50,870 nucleotides of DNA from Halocafeteria seosinensis (taxonomy: Eukaryota), in contig LVLI01000040.1 of the NCBI GenBank assembly GCA_001687465.1, positions 62,001 through 112,870 of the forward strand, written 5' to 3'. Both the position numbers and the translations under genes were made by a program. Below the pieces are notes generated by a model. It was not told the origin of the DNA. It saw only the letters and a program-made list of their open reading frames with translations, and ran no database searches. Every line of letters starts with the position of its first letter. Position 1 is the stretch's first letter. Below, in pieces: positions 11,604 through 23,700 of this stretch.

Positions 11604-13046
11604 TGATCGTATTCCTGTTCCGGGGAACCATTCGTTTTCAACTGGGCTTTGAACTCCTGCTCCAGTTTCTGAACTGTAGCTTCCACTCTTTCGTCGTATT
11701 TGGACGCTAGCTTCCTCTTTAACTCATTGAAGCGGCGATGGAATCGTTCCTGAAGGGATACCAGTGATATCGGTTTTCATACTTAGTGATGTCGAGTACT
11801 TTGGAGACACCTACCTGTACTTGTCGCTCAATCTCTGATTTCCACTGGTGCTCTTGCAATCTTTGACGTTCTTTCTGCAATTCAACGTAGGCTCATGCAG
11901 AGGTACATATTGGAGTGGATAATAAAAGCAAGGAATGGACGTACCTGAGCCTCCAGAGTTTGATCTTTGCATCGCAACTGATACTCCATATCTGACAGAG
12001 AAACGGCACAAGGGATTAACGTCTGAAGACCTGGTTTGCCTGTAATCGTAGAAACAACGCACCTTCCTGTTCCATCTTCAACGTATTATCTGCTCGTTCT
12101 GCTCTCAATTGAGCATCTAACACTTTACTCTGTTCGTCAAAGCACCATAATAGATTCCACGGAAGATCAAATCTTGACGTGTAGTACCACATACTTGTAG
12201 TTCTTGTATTTCTAGGCTCTGCTTCTTCGTTTGCGACGCTAGCTTCTCATTTCTCTTCTGTAGTTCATCGTCATGTTTCTCCCAGGCTCTAACAGTCGAA
12301 GCATAAGTCTCGGAAATATCAGCGATGCGATCCAACACAGTCGCCTCTTGACCTCTTTTTAGTCCAACTGTGCGGACGGTATTGATCAGCGTCTCCAATC
12401 GAACCCGCATTTCTCGCTGCAAGCCAGTTAAGCTGCTATCGTCATCATAGTGGTGCTCAACCAGATGATGTCGCTGCTCTTTCCGGTCGTGTTCCTCCTC
12501 TGGCCGGTGATGGTGGGGTCGTTGATAATGAACCAGCTGACTAACATCCGGTCTATGTGGCCTGTGTGGACTCGAATGATTGGCCGCTGCTGTGTCCACA
12601 TCAATTTTAGGCTTGTTGGTGTGCTGCTGAGAAGCGACCGAAGTCTTGTGGTACGGATTAGATGAGGACATCTGCTGCGTTTCCGAGGTCGTCGCGCCAT
12701 TGGCTCTCGATGCTTGTACAGATTCAAACAAGCTCTCCTCGTTCAAGAAATCGTCCTTCTCCCACCATTCTGTTCTGCTGGCTGTTGTCACACTCGTGAT
12801 ATCCTGAGCTCCGAAATTGGGCGTCTCCTCGCCGTTGGTACTATATCCTCCATCCTTGCTGTATCGGCCCTCTGGCTGCGTCTCGCCGTTAGCTTGCTTC
12901 CCAGTCGACGAAGAGGAGGATGACAGTTCCTCTGGAGTTCGAGGTGGCGAGACGGGAGGCGGTGGCGGCGACAATGAAGACTCTCGCACTTCTTCCTCTC
13001 TTTGTCCTCCTCCTCCTCGACTGTATGTATTCTCTTCGGACGCCAT
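11585..13046 (-). CDS. Hypothetical protein: low-complexity N-terminus and coiled-coil C-terminus, multi-exon (alternative start at 13136)
   Basis: Long exon within ORF 12117-13136 with a donor at 12194, followed by short GT-AG-flanked exons. The last exon reads ERFHRRFNELKRKLASKYDERVEATVQKLEQEFKAQL...GEVS* with the stop at 11585-11587. Confidence 0.7.
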
Positions 13047-13169
13047 CCTTATCCTTTTGGAACTCGTTTGAAGTAAGCTGGCTGGTTGAAGATTAACAAT
13101 CCCGTTCCAATTCGTACCAGTATCTCTGTGGTCCATGGGGTTTGTTGAAGAAGGGGGACAAAAACATGT

Positions 13170-15848
13170 ATGTCTCTCTCTGTAAATGGCATGACGCTGC
13201 GTGAACTCGATGAAGATGATGGAGGAGGTGGCGGCGAGGGTCCCGATGGACCGGGTGTGTGGCTCCCCATGTTAGACCCTAAAATACTGTATCTCTTCGA
13301 GTTTTCCGTCTGTGTCTGTACCATTGTGGTATCATTATTCTTCTTATGGCGTATGGAACGCCGGGAGCGTCTCCCCGTGGACGAAGAGGAGGAATTGGAG
13401 GAGGAAGATGAGGATTATGGCTCCTATTTAGATTCACCTACGCCATCTTCTAAGCACAGTAGTCGGCCCAAATCGACCAACACACCTCGTGCGCAAGTGC
13501 ATAGCAGTCCGGAATTGAGCCCATTACGGCCGGCCCAAATATCGGGGACATCGAGAGGGCGTATAGGAACTGATACCTTCTTTGGCGTGGACGATGAGGA
13601 AGACGAAGATGTCTCGTCGTCTACTCGCAACACTGTGATGATATTCAGGGTGTATAAGCCCATTCTATGGGGCACGCTCTTCGTTTTTGTGATACGACTT
13701 ATCGTACTTGTGTTTCCGGGGACCTTCCCTCAGCCTCCACAGTGGTTCTCGGACGCCCGTACAGCTCAAGCAATTGAGGAGAGCGCTTCCTCGTCATCGT
13801 TTGATGCAGAAGATAATGGCCCCCGTGGAAAAGTGACAACGTCGTCGTCCGGAGGGCCACCCGGTAGCGATGTGGTGGCGTATGGGCTCTACTGGGAGAC
13901 GTACGAGTTCATCTCGGAATGGGTGTTACTGATTTTTTTATTCAAGGCGCCCTCCCCGGACGCGTTTACCAAAGCAGCGCTCTTGGCGTTTTTGACCAGC
14001 GCGAGCTTCGTATCGATGACCGTACGTGTGTCAATTATGCTTTGGTGTGTCGTGTTGGCTCATGGTGCCGCTAAGGCATGAGTGCAGATTGTCTCCTACT
14101 TGTCAGAAACTTTGGAATTGTCTAGCAGCACTCGCGTGATCTTGGACGCCACATTTATAGGCGCTCCCTCTGCACTTCCCATCGCTATGTTGCTCGTCAT
14201 TGTTGGGTGTCAAAGAAACCCAAAAGAAGGCGAGATTAGAGTACCAAGACTGTCTTGCGTTCCCTACATATGCTATCAGCTCCTTTGGAGGCCAGTTGCA
14301 AGTGTGGCGGTTTATGATGGTGTATACGACTCCTTCGTCGGAGTGCCATTCAAGACTCTACGTACCCTTGGCTTACCGATGATCGTCTTCGTTACTTTAG
14401 CGATTGACACGCGGTTTTGGTCTCGGTTCTTGAAAGCAAAGATGGACGCAATGTCAGAAGACGCGGTAGACACGAACGGTAGAACAGAATCGTTGGGCAC
14501 TGATGCTGGAAACACATATGCCAATAAGACTCTACGGATCATTCATCCCAAACAGTTAAAGATAGATGTCGATCGAAGCATTGCGAGGTATGACCTACTG
14601 AGGTACTCTCCAATGACGTCTGCTACTGAATCTTGCTTGTTGGGGTTACAGGCATTGGCAAGGAACAGCGCCCATTTATAAGGGGAAGTATTACCCAAAT
14701 TTTGACGATTCAGAGGTTCATGAAGTTGCTGTTAAGCGGTGCCGGATTAAGTTTTCTGAAGTAAGCTCTTGCCTTCAGACTTTTTTATTTTTGTTTTTGG
14801 GATCTTTCCTTACCCCGATGCTAGTATTTCTTGGTGCAGCTTCGCCGTGTGTTTCATGAGCCGAATATTATTGTCCAGCTTAAAGAACACAATAATATAA
14901 TAAGGTATTATGGAGTCTGCTACAGCAACTTTCCTTCCTTGGACTTCGTATATGAGTTGGGCGAACGATTATCACTGCAATATTTTCTTCGTACAACCTC
15001 GGATAGACTAGTACGTCAGGCTTGGCGTTTCCGCTGTAATAAACACTCCTTGATTGAAACATTTTTCGATGCAGAAATTTACTGACAAAGTTAAACTCGC
15101 CTTGCACGGAGCACGTGCCATTGAGCACGTCCATTTCAGTGGGTTTTTGCACCGAGATATAAAAGTATGTACCAGAGCTAAAGCTTTGTGAACTATGCGT
15201 TAGTTACGCTATGTGTATGTTTGGTTGGAGACAGTCCGAGAACTTCGTGGTGACAAATCGATGGGAGCTGAAACTGATCGATTTCGGCCACGCTGTAAAA
15301 GGAGAGCGGGTCACTGAAGACGCTCAGTTCGGAACGGCAAGATGGATGGCTCCTGAGGTTCTTTCCCATGGTGCATACTCTCGCGAAGGAGATATTTTCA
15401 GCTTTGGTATAGTTCTATGGGAAATGACTTCGAACGCACCGTTCCCTTATTTCGAAGTTGAGGTGAGTGTGAGTGCTAGTTGTATTGTGATGAATTCAGT
15501 TGGCTGATTGAAGGGGCGGTTGGGATATGCAGGAACATGCGGTGACAAAAATGGTAGTGGAGGAAAAACTGCGTCCGCGCATTTCGGATGACACCCCTGA
15601 GGACTTTGCTCGGTTAATGAAGTGGTGTTGGAGAACAGACCCTTCTGCCCGCCCCTTGGCGAAACAGGTAAAAGATGCTCAGACTTTTCCACCCCGCGAA
15701 AAAAGGACTATGTGCTTTTTGTCTACAGGTCGTTCAATATTTGGAGCGAATGTGTGATGAAACAGATAACCCTAAGCATGCTCCAAAGACTCCTCAAAGA
15801 ACATCGAAGAAGAAGCCTACGATGATACGTGCGAATTCGACGCACTGA
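13170..15848 (+). CDS. 7TM (GPCR-like) membrane domain fused to a TKL-group protein kinase
   Basis: Seven hydrophobic segments ending ...VTLAIDTRFW, then kinase motifs across exons: VAVK, HNNIIRYYG, HRDIK|SEN, DFG, GTARWMAPE, DIFSFGIVLWE, CWRTDPSARP. Stop at 15846-15848. The start could be 13170 or 13191. Confidence 0.85.
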
Positions 15849-16413
15849 AGCCGAGTAACAACTCCCTGCGTCCTCGGCAGTAGTTTGGATATAAACCAAA
15901 TTAGAACTCCATGATCCCGCGTATATTGATACCAAGGATGGAAAGAATGATTAGCCAGCAACTCCCGGTGGCGCACTGCTACGAGCAAACTGGTTGCTGC
16001 GTCGACTAAAGAGTTACTTGAGAGTCATCAGGTGCTGAACTCACCTGGCTTGTTAGGAATGTAGAACACAAAACTCTCAGTCCATGAACTGGTGAATAGC
16101 TGAGAAGAAATTCCTCTTTAGGGAACGTCTTCAGTTTTGAATTCCTCGTCCAACTTCTCACCGTGTCTTCCGGGCGGACGGTCGTCCGTCTCCGACCGGA
16201 CAAACTTTTCTTGGCCGAATCTCTGCCCTGAAGCGCTGCACTGGATCTTGTGGCGTCCGACGATACCGGTAGAGCAATGTTTGTAGGGTGATAAAGTGTT
16301 TGCATGTGTGGTTCATGCTATTCGGTCCGCGAAAGCTGATATACATAGCGTATACAAGTCGTAGAGAGGCATACACGTGTTGTACTTAGTATCTCGTTCA
16401 CAACCCGAATACA

Positions 16414-17535
16414 ATGGCAGAATTCGACTGGAATACTGTGCTCAATGATGCCATGAGCCGAGTGGTAAGTGTCATTGTATCCCTAGCATATCCTGCCACT
16501 CCCAACCGAACGGGGAACCTCAATAAACCTCTGGATACGAATGGAATTTAGCCGCTGTGGGTTCTCATTCGAGGGACAGAGGCTTCCCTCTGGCCAAGGG
16601 GCGGAATTAACTACAAAAAAGGGTTGCCTGTTCAATTCTTCTTTTTTCCCAAGACGGTTTTTACCTCCATTTAATGCTCATACTGAATGAATTTTTCATG
16701 GTATATGCAAAGGTATGATACCTCTCTATCTTGTGGTGCAGGTTCAAGGCTCAGGGGACAACGCAGTATGTGTATGTGAAGGAACTTATGTCACGGATTC
16801 CATTGAGTGGGGCTACCACGGGCACTTTCCCGAGACAAATTTCGCTATGGTACGTGAATGAGGCTTATATGATGCACATGGTGCACCATTTCGTCTTGGG
16901 GAATAATTTGTTGTCACCTGGGTGAATTTTGGGTTTTTCTCAGGTATTTGATGCTACCTCGGCGTACGAACATGAAATTCCTCAGGAAGACGGAACGGAC
17001 AAAAATGAGGCCATTGATGAGCTAAAGAATCTGCAAGATGTATGGTGTTCCCCTGGGACGACTTTATTTGTTTCGGGAAAATGTGAAACACGGATTGTGC
17101 AATTCTTGCAGTTGGTGATAAATGGAAGCCGCCGTCCTAATAGCCAAGGGCTCTTCATTTCCGGAATGAAGTACACCATCACCAGGATGGCGTTAGCTGA
17201 ACGGGGTGAGGAACGTGGAAATGATCCTACGATGCTCAAAGTAGAGAGCAAACTGGATGACCAAGAGTTCACGGTCACCTTCAATAAGATCTTCTTCGCG
17301 AGCAGTAGCGCTCATCAGATCCTTATTGCCGAAGACAGCCAAGGGTAAGTTGATCCCGATAATTTCTAGCAACGCAGTGGCAGCGGAAGAATCAATGTAT
17401 GGAATGCTTTTCTTCAGGTTCGTTTACATTGCTTATGCCAATAAAGAAAATTGTGGTATCGAACAAACCCATCCAAGGCTTGCGGAAGTTTGTGCTATTG
17501 CTGCTTACTACGCTGGTAGCGCGGATACCGAATAG
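16414..17535 (+). CDS. Divergent profilin-like protein (apicomplexan/stramenopile type)
   Basis: Five-exon model. N-terminal helix MAEFDWNTVL, hairpin YEHEIPQEDGTDKNEAIDE, core GLFISGMKY, FVYIAYA, C-terminal helix LAEVCAIAAYY. Confidence 0.62.
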
Positions 17536-17782
17536 AGAGAACACGGCGATGTTTCGGATATGTTCAATAATGACAGTTACAAACATATTAAGGAAGTGTT
17601 GTTCGTTTCCACAGACAATTATTACTTTATCACTTGTATCGAATACAGTTAACTACTAGTCAGAAGGAACGTGTGCCATTCGGTAACAGACCACAAGACC
17701 GTGGAGTGTTGTAGGCAACATTATCCGTCTGGCTTGGTCATACTTCCAACAAGCATCGATTGAAATCCACTAAGGATCCTGA

Positions 17783-20700
17783 CTAACCTTCCAGCATTTC
17801 CTCTTCCAGATCCCGTTGTTGTTTTTTCCGTGCCTTTTCCAACTCCTTCTCCTCCACTTCCCCAAAGGTATCGCACAGTACCCCAATGAACAGGTTGACG
17901 AACAATAAGCTGTTAATCACCACAAATAGAACAAAGTATGCCAGCGGCACAAGAGAATATCGCGAGTCGGCTGCAGCGTATGACACCACATGCCATTGCT
18001 CTCCCTCCATCACCAGGAAAAGTGTGAACATGGAATTCGTAAACGTGTCAAAATTAGCTGGCGGCAATGAGTAGGAATCGTCGCTTAGCTTCTGAAACTG
18101 CCCGCTGAACAACCACACGCCGAATATAGCGAAGGTGTACATCGTCAAAAAGATCAAGACAGTGATATGCACGAATTTGTTTCCTTGCTTTATCAGACCA
18201 AAGACTAGTCGGCGTGTTGAGTGAATGACTGAAAACAGCCGAAGCACGGGAAGGGTTACAGCGATCCGCATCCCGACGTTGACTGCGAACGTGTATCTGT
18301 TTTCGGGTTGCACAACCCGATCAGTTGGTTGATCTACACCGATAAAACTGGTTCCGATCACAGCCAAAATGGCGACAATCATTACAAGCGAATCAAATCG
18401 ATTTGCCGAAACCTGATAGTTACTGCGAGCGTCGACATCTTCCTCTTCATCCTGAACATCCTCCATGGCAATCTCGATACTCGCTCGTCTAGTTTTCTTT
18501 CCTTCGTCGGCTTTCCTTTTTTCGCTTTCACTTTCTTCTTTAACTTTTGATCCAGCTTCACGCATTACATGACTGACATTATCTTTCCTCCGAGGACGAC
18601 GTCCAAACCAAAATTCGGCTGGGCCGGTCGCGACCATATGGAAGAACACTTCAATCGCCTGAAGAAAGGAAAACGCCCCCATGATGGGGTCTGCATACGA
18701 AGTAAGCCGGGTTCCTAAGAGCATGATAGTCCATGTATGTATCAACACCACCTGCGAAATAGAGAGGATTTCGCCTTATTAATCTCCATGAACGCGGTAC
18801 GAGATAATACTTACAGCTAGTACGACATCGTCGTATCTTATCCTCATACTGTTATCGAAAAAGGAGTAAAGCCACTGTCGAAACGATTCTAGGGCTTGAA
18901 AGATACCGAAGCGCTTTGCACCTCGTTCCACAAAACTCGTCGCATCCGAGAGGAACAGATCGCTTTTGTACGCCCCTTTCTCGAAATCGAAACCGCTGCG
19001 AAGAGAGCAGCTAGTAAAAACCAATGGACGAAGACAAACGTATTGAGTTGTTAAATACTTACAAGTTAACAGTTAGATATTCACAAAGATATACAAACTC
19101 GGTTGCGCTAAGTTTTTCGTTTAGGCCGTCGTAGTGGGATGGCTTCACTCCACACGAGTTGAAAAACGTTTCATACTCATACCGATCAATAAGGCCATTG
19201 CCATCGAGATCGAGCAGTCCAAACGCAACCAGAGGAGCAAAACGTCGTCGAGTGATAACTCGCCGCGTTCGCACTTCATATGATTCCGTGTAGCGCGTCT
19301 GGAAGCTAACCAACAACAATGCCGCCATAATGAACATACCAAGAAGAGCCAACAGCACAATATAGGGGCGATAAATCGCTCCAAGAAACCCACCGTCCTC
19401 TGTCGGATCACGAGCAGGGTACGCTAAATCATCGTAGTTTTCACCCGTTGCAGAAAGTATAAAGAGGGTATACCACGCAGACTGGAAGTTGGTGTATCCT
19501 CTTGCTAGACCTGGTAAGGAAAACTCTTCGACTTCATGCGGCTGTAAGGCTTTATTCGCCCCTCCCACCGCAATGGTCTCTTGTTGCAGCTGAAACTGGT
19601 CGAATCTGGAATCCCCAGTTGTATCCAACGCAATGTCTGAGTCTTCTTGTGCGAATGGAAGGTTATCCAGCGGGCTCGGAGCACTACCACCAACAGGTCC
19701 GGCTCCCAAGTCCGTATAGTCACTGAACAGCGCAATGGTGATAGACGCTATCACAATGGTGAAAGTGATAAACAGGGCAAATGTCCTTCTTGCCAAAAGA
19801 ACTGTACTTCCTAGAGCTTGTAACGATCGTCTAAGAGGAGGCACTCGCAACACGGTGTAAAATGGACGTACCAACACTGTTGCAGGTAACAACGTCGCGG
19901 ATCTACCCGTTCGATAGTCGAGGCCGAGGCGGACGAAAAAGTCCAGTACTAAAGCCACGTACAACACCAACCTGATGACATACAGCTTGTGGAGGGGTTG
20001 ATACTCTACGCGTCTGTCTTCAGATAAGCTACCGTCTTTCGTGCCGTTCCCGACGACGCTTTTTGGGCCCAAATGACGATTCTGTAAGCGTTCTGACCGC
20101 TCTCGATAGTTACTCGCTGCCTTCACATCGTATAGCCAGTAGTATGATTTTCTAAAACCCTTAAGGAAGTAGAACAAGAAATTGTCCATCCCAAGAAGAA
20201 TAAGAACGAAAAACTCGAACAAAAGCACCCGCGAACGACGCTGGGCTACCTCTTCCACGGGGTTATCAGCACTGAATGTTCCCCAAGCTCCATCGCTTTC
20301 AGCGCTCCACCCTTCAAGTCCATCCACACTGTGTTCCGCCGCCAATTCCTCCGCTCCCTCGAAAGCGCTCCCTATGTCCACCTGCAAATCAGATGCTGAC
20401 GTGTCCGGAGAATCACTGGGTAAAATTTCGCCGTTGGAAACGATCACTGATGCGTCCTCCAAACGTCCTCCACTGAAAACGGTATCACTCGCTTCGAAGA
20501 ATGCAAGAACGAGGAGTCCAGCGATGACAATGTAAATAAAATATACGTAAAACTTCGTATAGAATAGCCTATGCAGCCTTTCAACCCTAAAGCGGCCTTC
20601 CCTGTCAAGAATGACTGCCTCAAGTGCATGCCGGTCTGAGGAATACATATGGATGAACTCGCGCGCGCGACGGAACTTCGCATGTTCCCAGGACAATTCA

Positions 20701-23700
20701 TCGCTTGAACGAACGCTCTTCCGTGGAGTCGCTAACGACCTCCTTTTGCTCTCGTTGATGGGGTTTGCTTGTTCTGCAACAGACTCATTGCACAGCAAAG
20801 AATTAACGGTGCCATCATCCATACCTGCCAACGGGTTAGTTACATGATTTGATCCCGGTGGTGCTTGCCACACTCGTTTTATCCAATGCCAACATCGGGG
20901 CCAACAGTGTTTTGGGGGAGATTTCTTCAATAGCGCAGCTTCATGCATATCTTCCCTTTCTTTCTTCTGCCATTCGCTATCCTTGCTATAAACTTGGGTA
21001 ATTGCATGGTGAACTGCGTGCATGGCAGACTCAATGACGGGGTCAGCTGGGATCAAAGGAGCCGATTCATCTTCCAGCTGAGGAGAAACATGTGTGTACG
21101 ATTCGCTCCTCACGTGACTACCACTCCTGCCCGCCGCACGCATACTAGAACGGATCAACGCATTCGCTGTACTTAATTTCCGCAGCCTACGTTGATCCGC
21201 TGCTTTTGCAACGCTTGGCGATGGAGGATGGAGGAAAGTCGACTTCCTTCCTCCTTTAAACCTCTTCTTGTAATACTTCCTCAACCAAGTGGTCAGCATA
21301 CCAACCACAAGCGTACTTGCCAAGAGGGGTCCAAGGGCAATCAAGAACAACGCCCACTGCCAACTCTCTGATTCACGCTTTATAGTCTGCCGGTGAATCA
21401 AGCCAGAAGTGAGAACGTCCATGTCGTCTCCTGTTCGAAGACTGTCAATCAGCGAAGCGGAAAGCAATGCATTCTCACCAGCCCCGTTGACGGTAGCTAA
21501 AGAATGATTCAAGCAATATCGGGTTAGCATAGACGCACCAGACGCTCCCCCAATGAGATGCTTACTGTGAATGAACTCAGCGTGGGAACCAATACCAAAT
21601 AACGATGTAGCCTCACGAGAAGCTTCTTTAAAGTCTCCCAACTTTACCGCAGTCTGAACTACGGTACTGGCATCTTCATTATATTGGAAGAACTCCACAT
21701 CGTTAGCAATCTCGAGAGCAGCTGTTTCGACGAAAACATCCTTGCTCTCTCGAACAAACTCCCTCTCGAAGCCTCCATGGTCACGGTCGGTCTGTAAAAC
21801 ACCTCCATGAGAAGCGCCGACGAGAATACTTGGGGGCCTTACTATCGCGTCGAATTTGTTGCTCGATTGTCCTGCTGATGTAAACAGCGACGATTGGGTG
21901 ATCGATCTCCTAGGAAAATTGGTCAGGCAACCACTCGAAGTACATATACTTCGCTGCACAGCCCGTGTATCCTTACTCAAGGCACCTTCCCCTTCGGCAA
22001 GGTTGATATCTTCAGTTAGAGCAGGATTGTGCGCTGTGGAAAACGCAAGGAACCGCGACAGGCTGACCTGCCGAGTTTCGACGCTATACATCGAGCGTAA
22101 AGGGCCCTCGCTGACTACTAATCGGTGAGGCTGATCATAGTCGTTGATGCTGATCTCGAATGGAGACGTGTTATCGAACGGTGAGCGGGTGCTGAAGTGG
22201 ATATCGACGTTCCCCAGGAGTTGGTTAAACGCTGCCAGGGTAAACTCCACATGGCCCAGCCGAGTAAACGAAGAATCGAGATTCGTGGTGAGATTTCGGA
22301 AGACCCGTGAGCTCTTTGTTTGTTCATCGGGGGAAATTCTTGAATCATCCGTTTTCTGTAACCACTGCTGTGCAACGAAATTCCCCAGCGCGCTGAACAT
22401 CGAGCTTCCATTAAGTGGTTCCGGCTGAACACTTGCAAATCCAAGGCTGATTGTCCTACCTCCGGGGATGAACGTCCGCCTCTCACTTCTCCCCGCAGCA
22501 ACTGCTGTGTCGAACGAGCGCGACAACGCACTACTGGGGGACCACACGGCATACGTGTAGGTCCACCTACTCGAAAACATAGAGTCCACTACCTCCTTGG
22601 AAGGAGCCCCCTGAAACATCGAAGACTTCAATGAGTTACAGGCGGTCGTGTCTAAAATCTCAGAAGTTTCCCTCCGGAAGTGATTAACAGATCCAAACCA
22701 CGGAAGCGCCGAGAGGTCTAACGAACTCTCCGTAGATGCTACTGGCTGACTCCGTAGGAACGTCACATCTCTGAAGCTTTTGACTGTGTCCTGAGCGTCA
22801 GCAGGGGCATCAGCATCCTCAAAAGCATCTCTAGCGACCGGGTCAATAAGTTCGCCAACGAGCAGATCCGTCATTAGGTCAATTGGTGACTTGTGCCAAG
22901 AAAAGATCCCGACAAGTGACGCTGAAGATGGCATATTGTTTCCTGACTTGACAAACAGCACCTCAGTCTCTTGTACTGAAGGGTACAAAACATACTCAGT
23001 AACATAGCCGTCAGTCTCATCCGCTTCCCTACGTATCAACAATGATAAGCTTCCTAGGATTGACTGAGACCATGCACCAGCTATCATAGAAGAGTTACCT
23101 ACACCAGGCGCAACACCGTCACCCTTGCTACTCAGTTTCGCCGTATCAAGTGATACAGGCTGAACCGCTACATATCCCCCATTCTCCGTATCTCCCCACA
23201 CCGTGCCGCCGCTGGCATCACTCCCAAGACCGACATGGTTGAATGCAGAGATTACTTCAATAAATCCCAAACAAGTAGCCGCCTTCATTCCAGTGGACTG
23301 CAACAGTGCTTCTGGAACATCCGTCAAAGCGCTGAGGAAGTCTTCCTTCGACTGAGTGGCGAACACGTTGCGACGATACTCTTCCCTTTCATGTTTTACT
23401 TGTTCTGAGAATGCTTTCTCATAGTGAGTCTCCCTGTCAAACAGCGTCGGAGGTGCCAGAAAGTGAATACTATGGACATCGGCGGTGGCAGTGGTACCGA
23501 TGTGACGCAAATGAGCGGTGTGAATCACCTCACGCGACCCAAGTGCGGAGGCACAGCTAGCGACCCTGTACGAAACGTCATCCGTGGCTCTGCCCCATGT
23601 TGAGGAAGAAACAAACGTCAAGAACATTGTAAGCGCAAATGTAACTAGCAGTAATATAATTGAATGAGGTTGAAGTCCCCCAAGCGTCATGCTGGTATCT

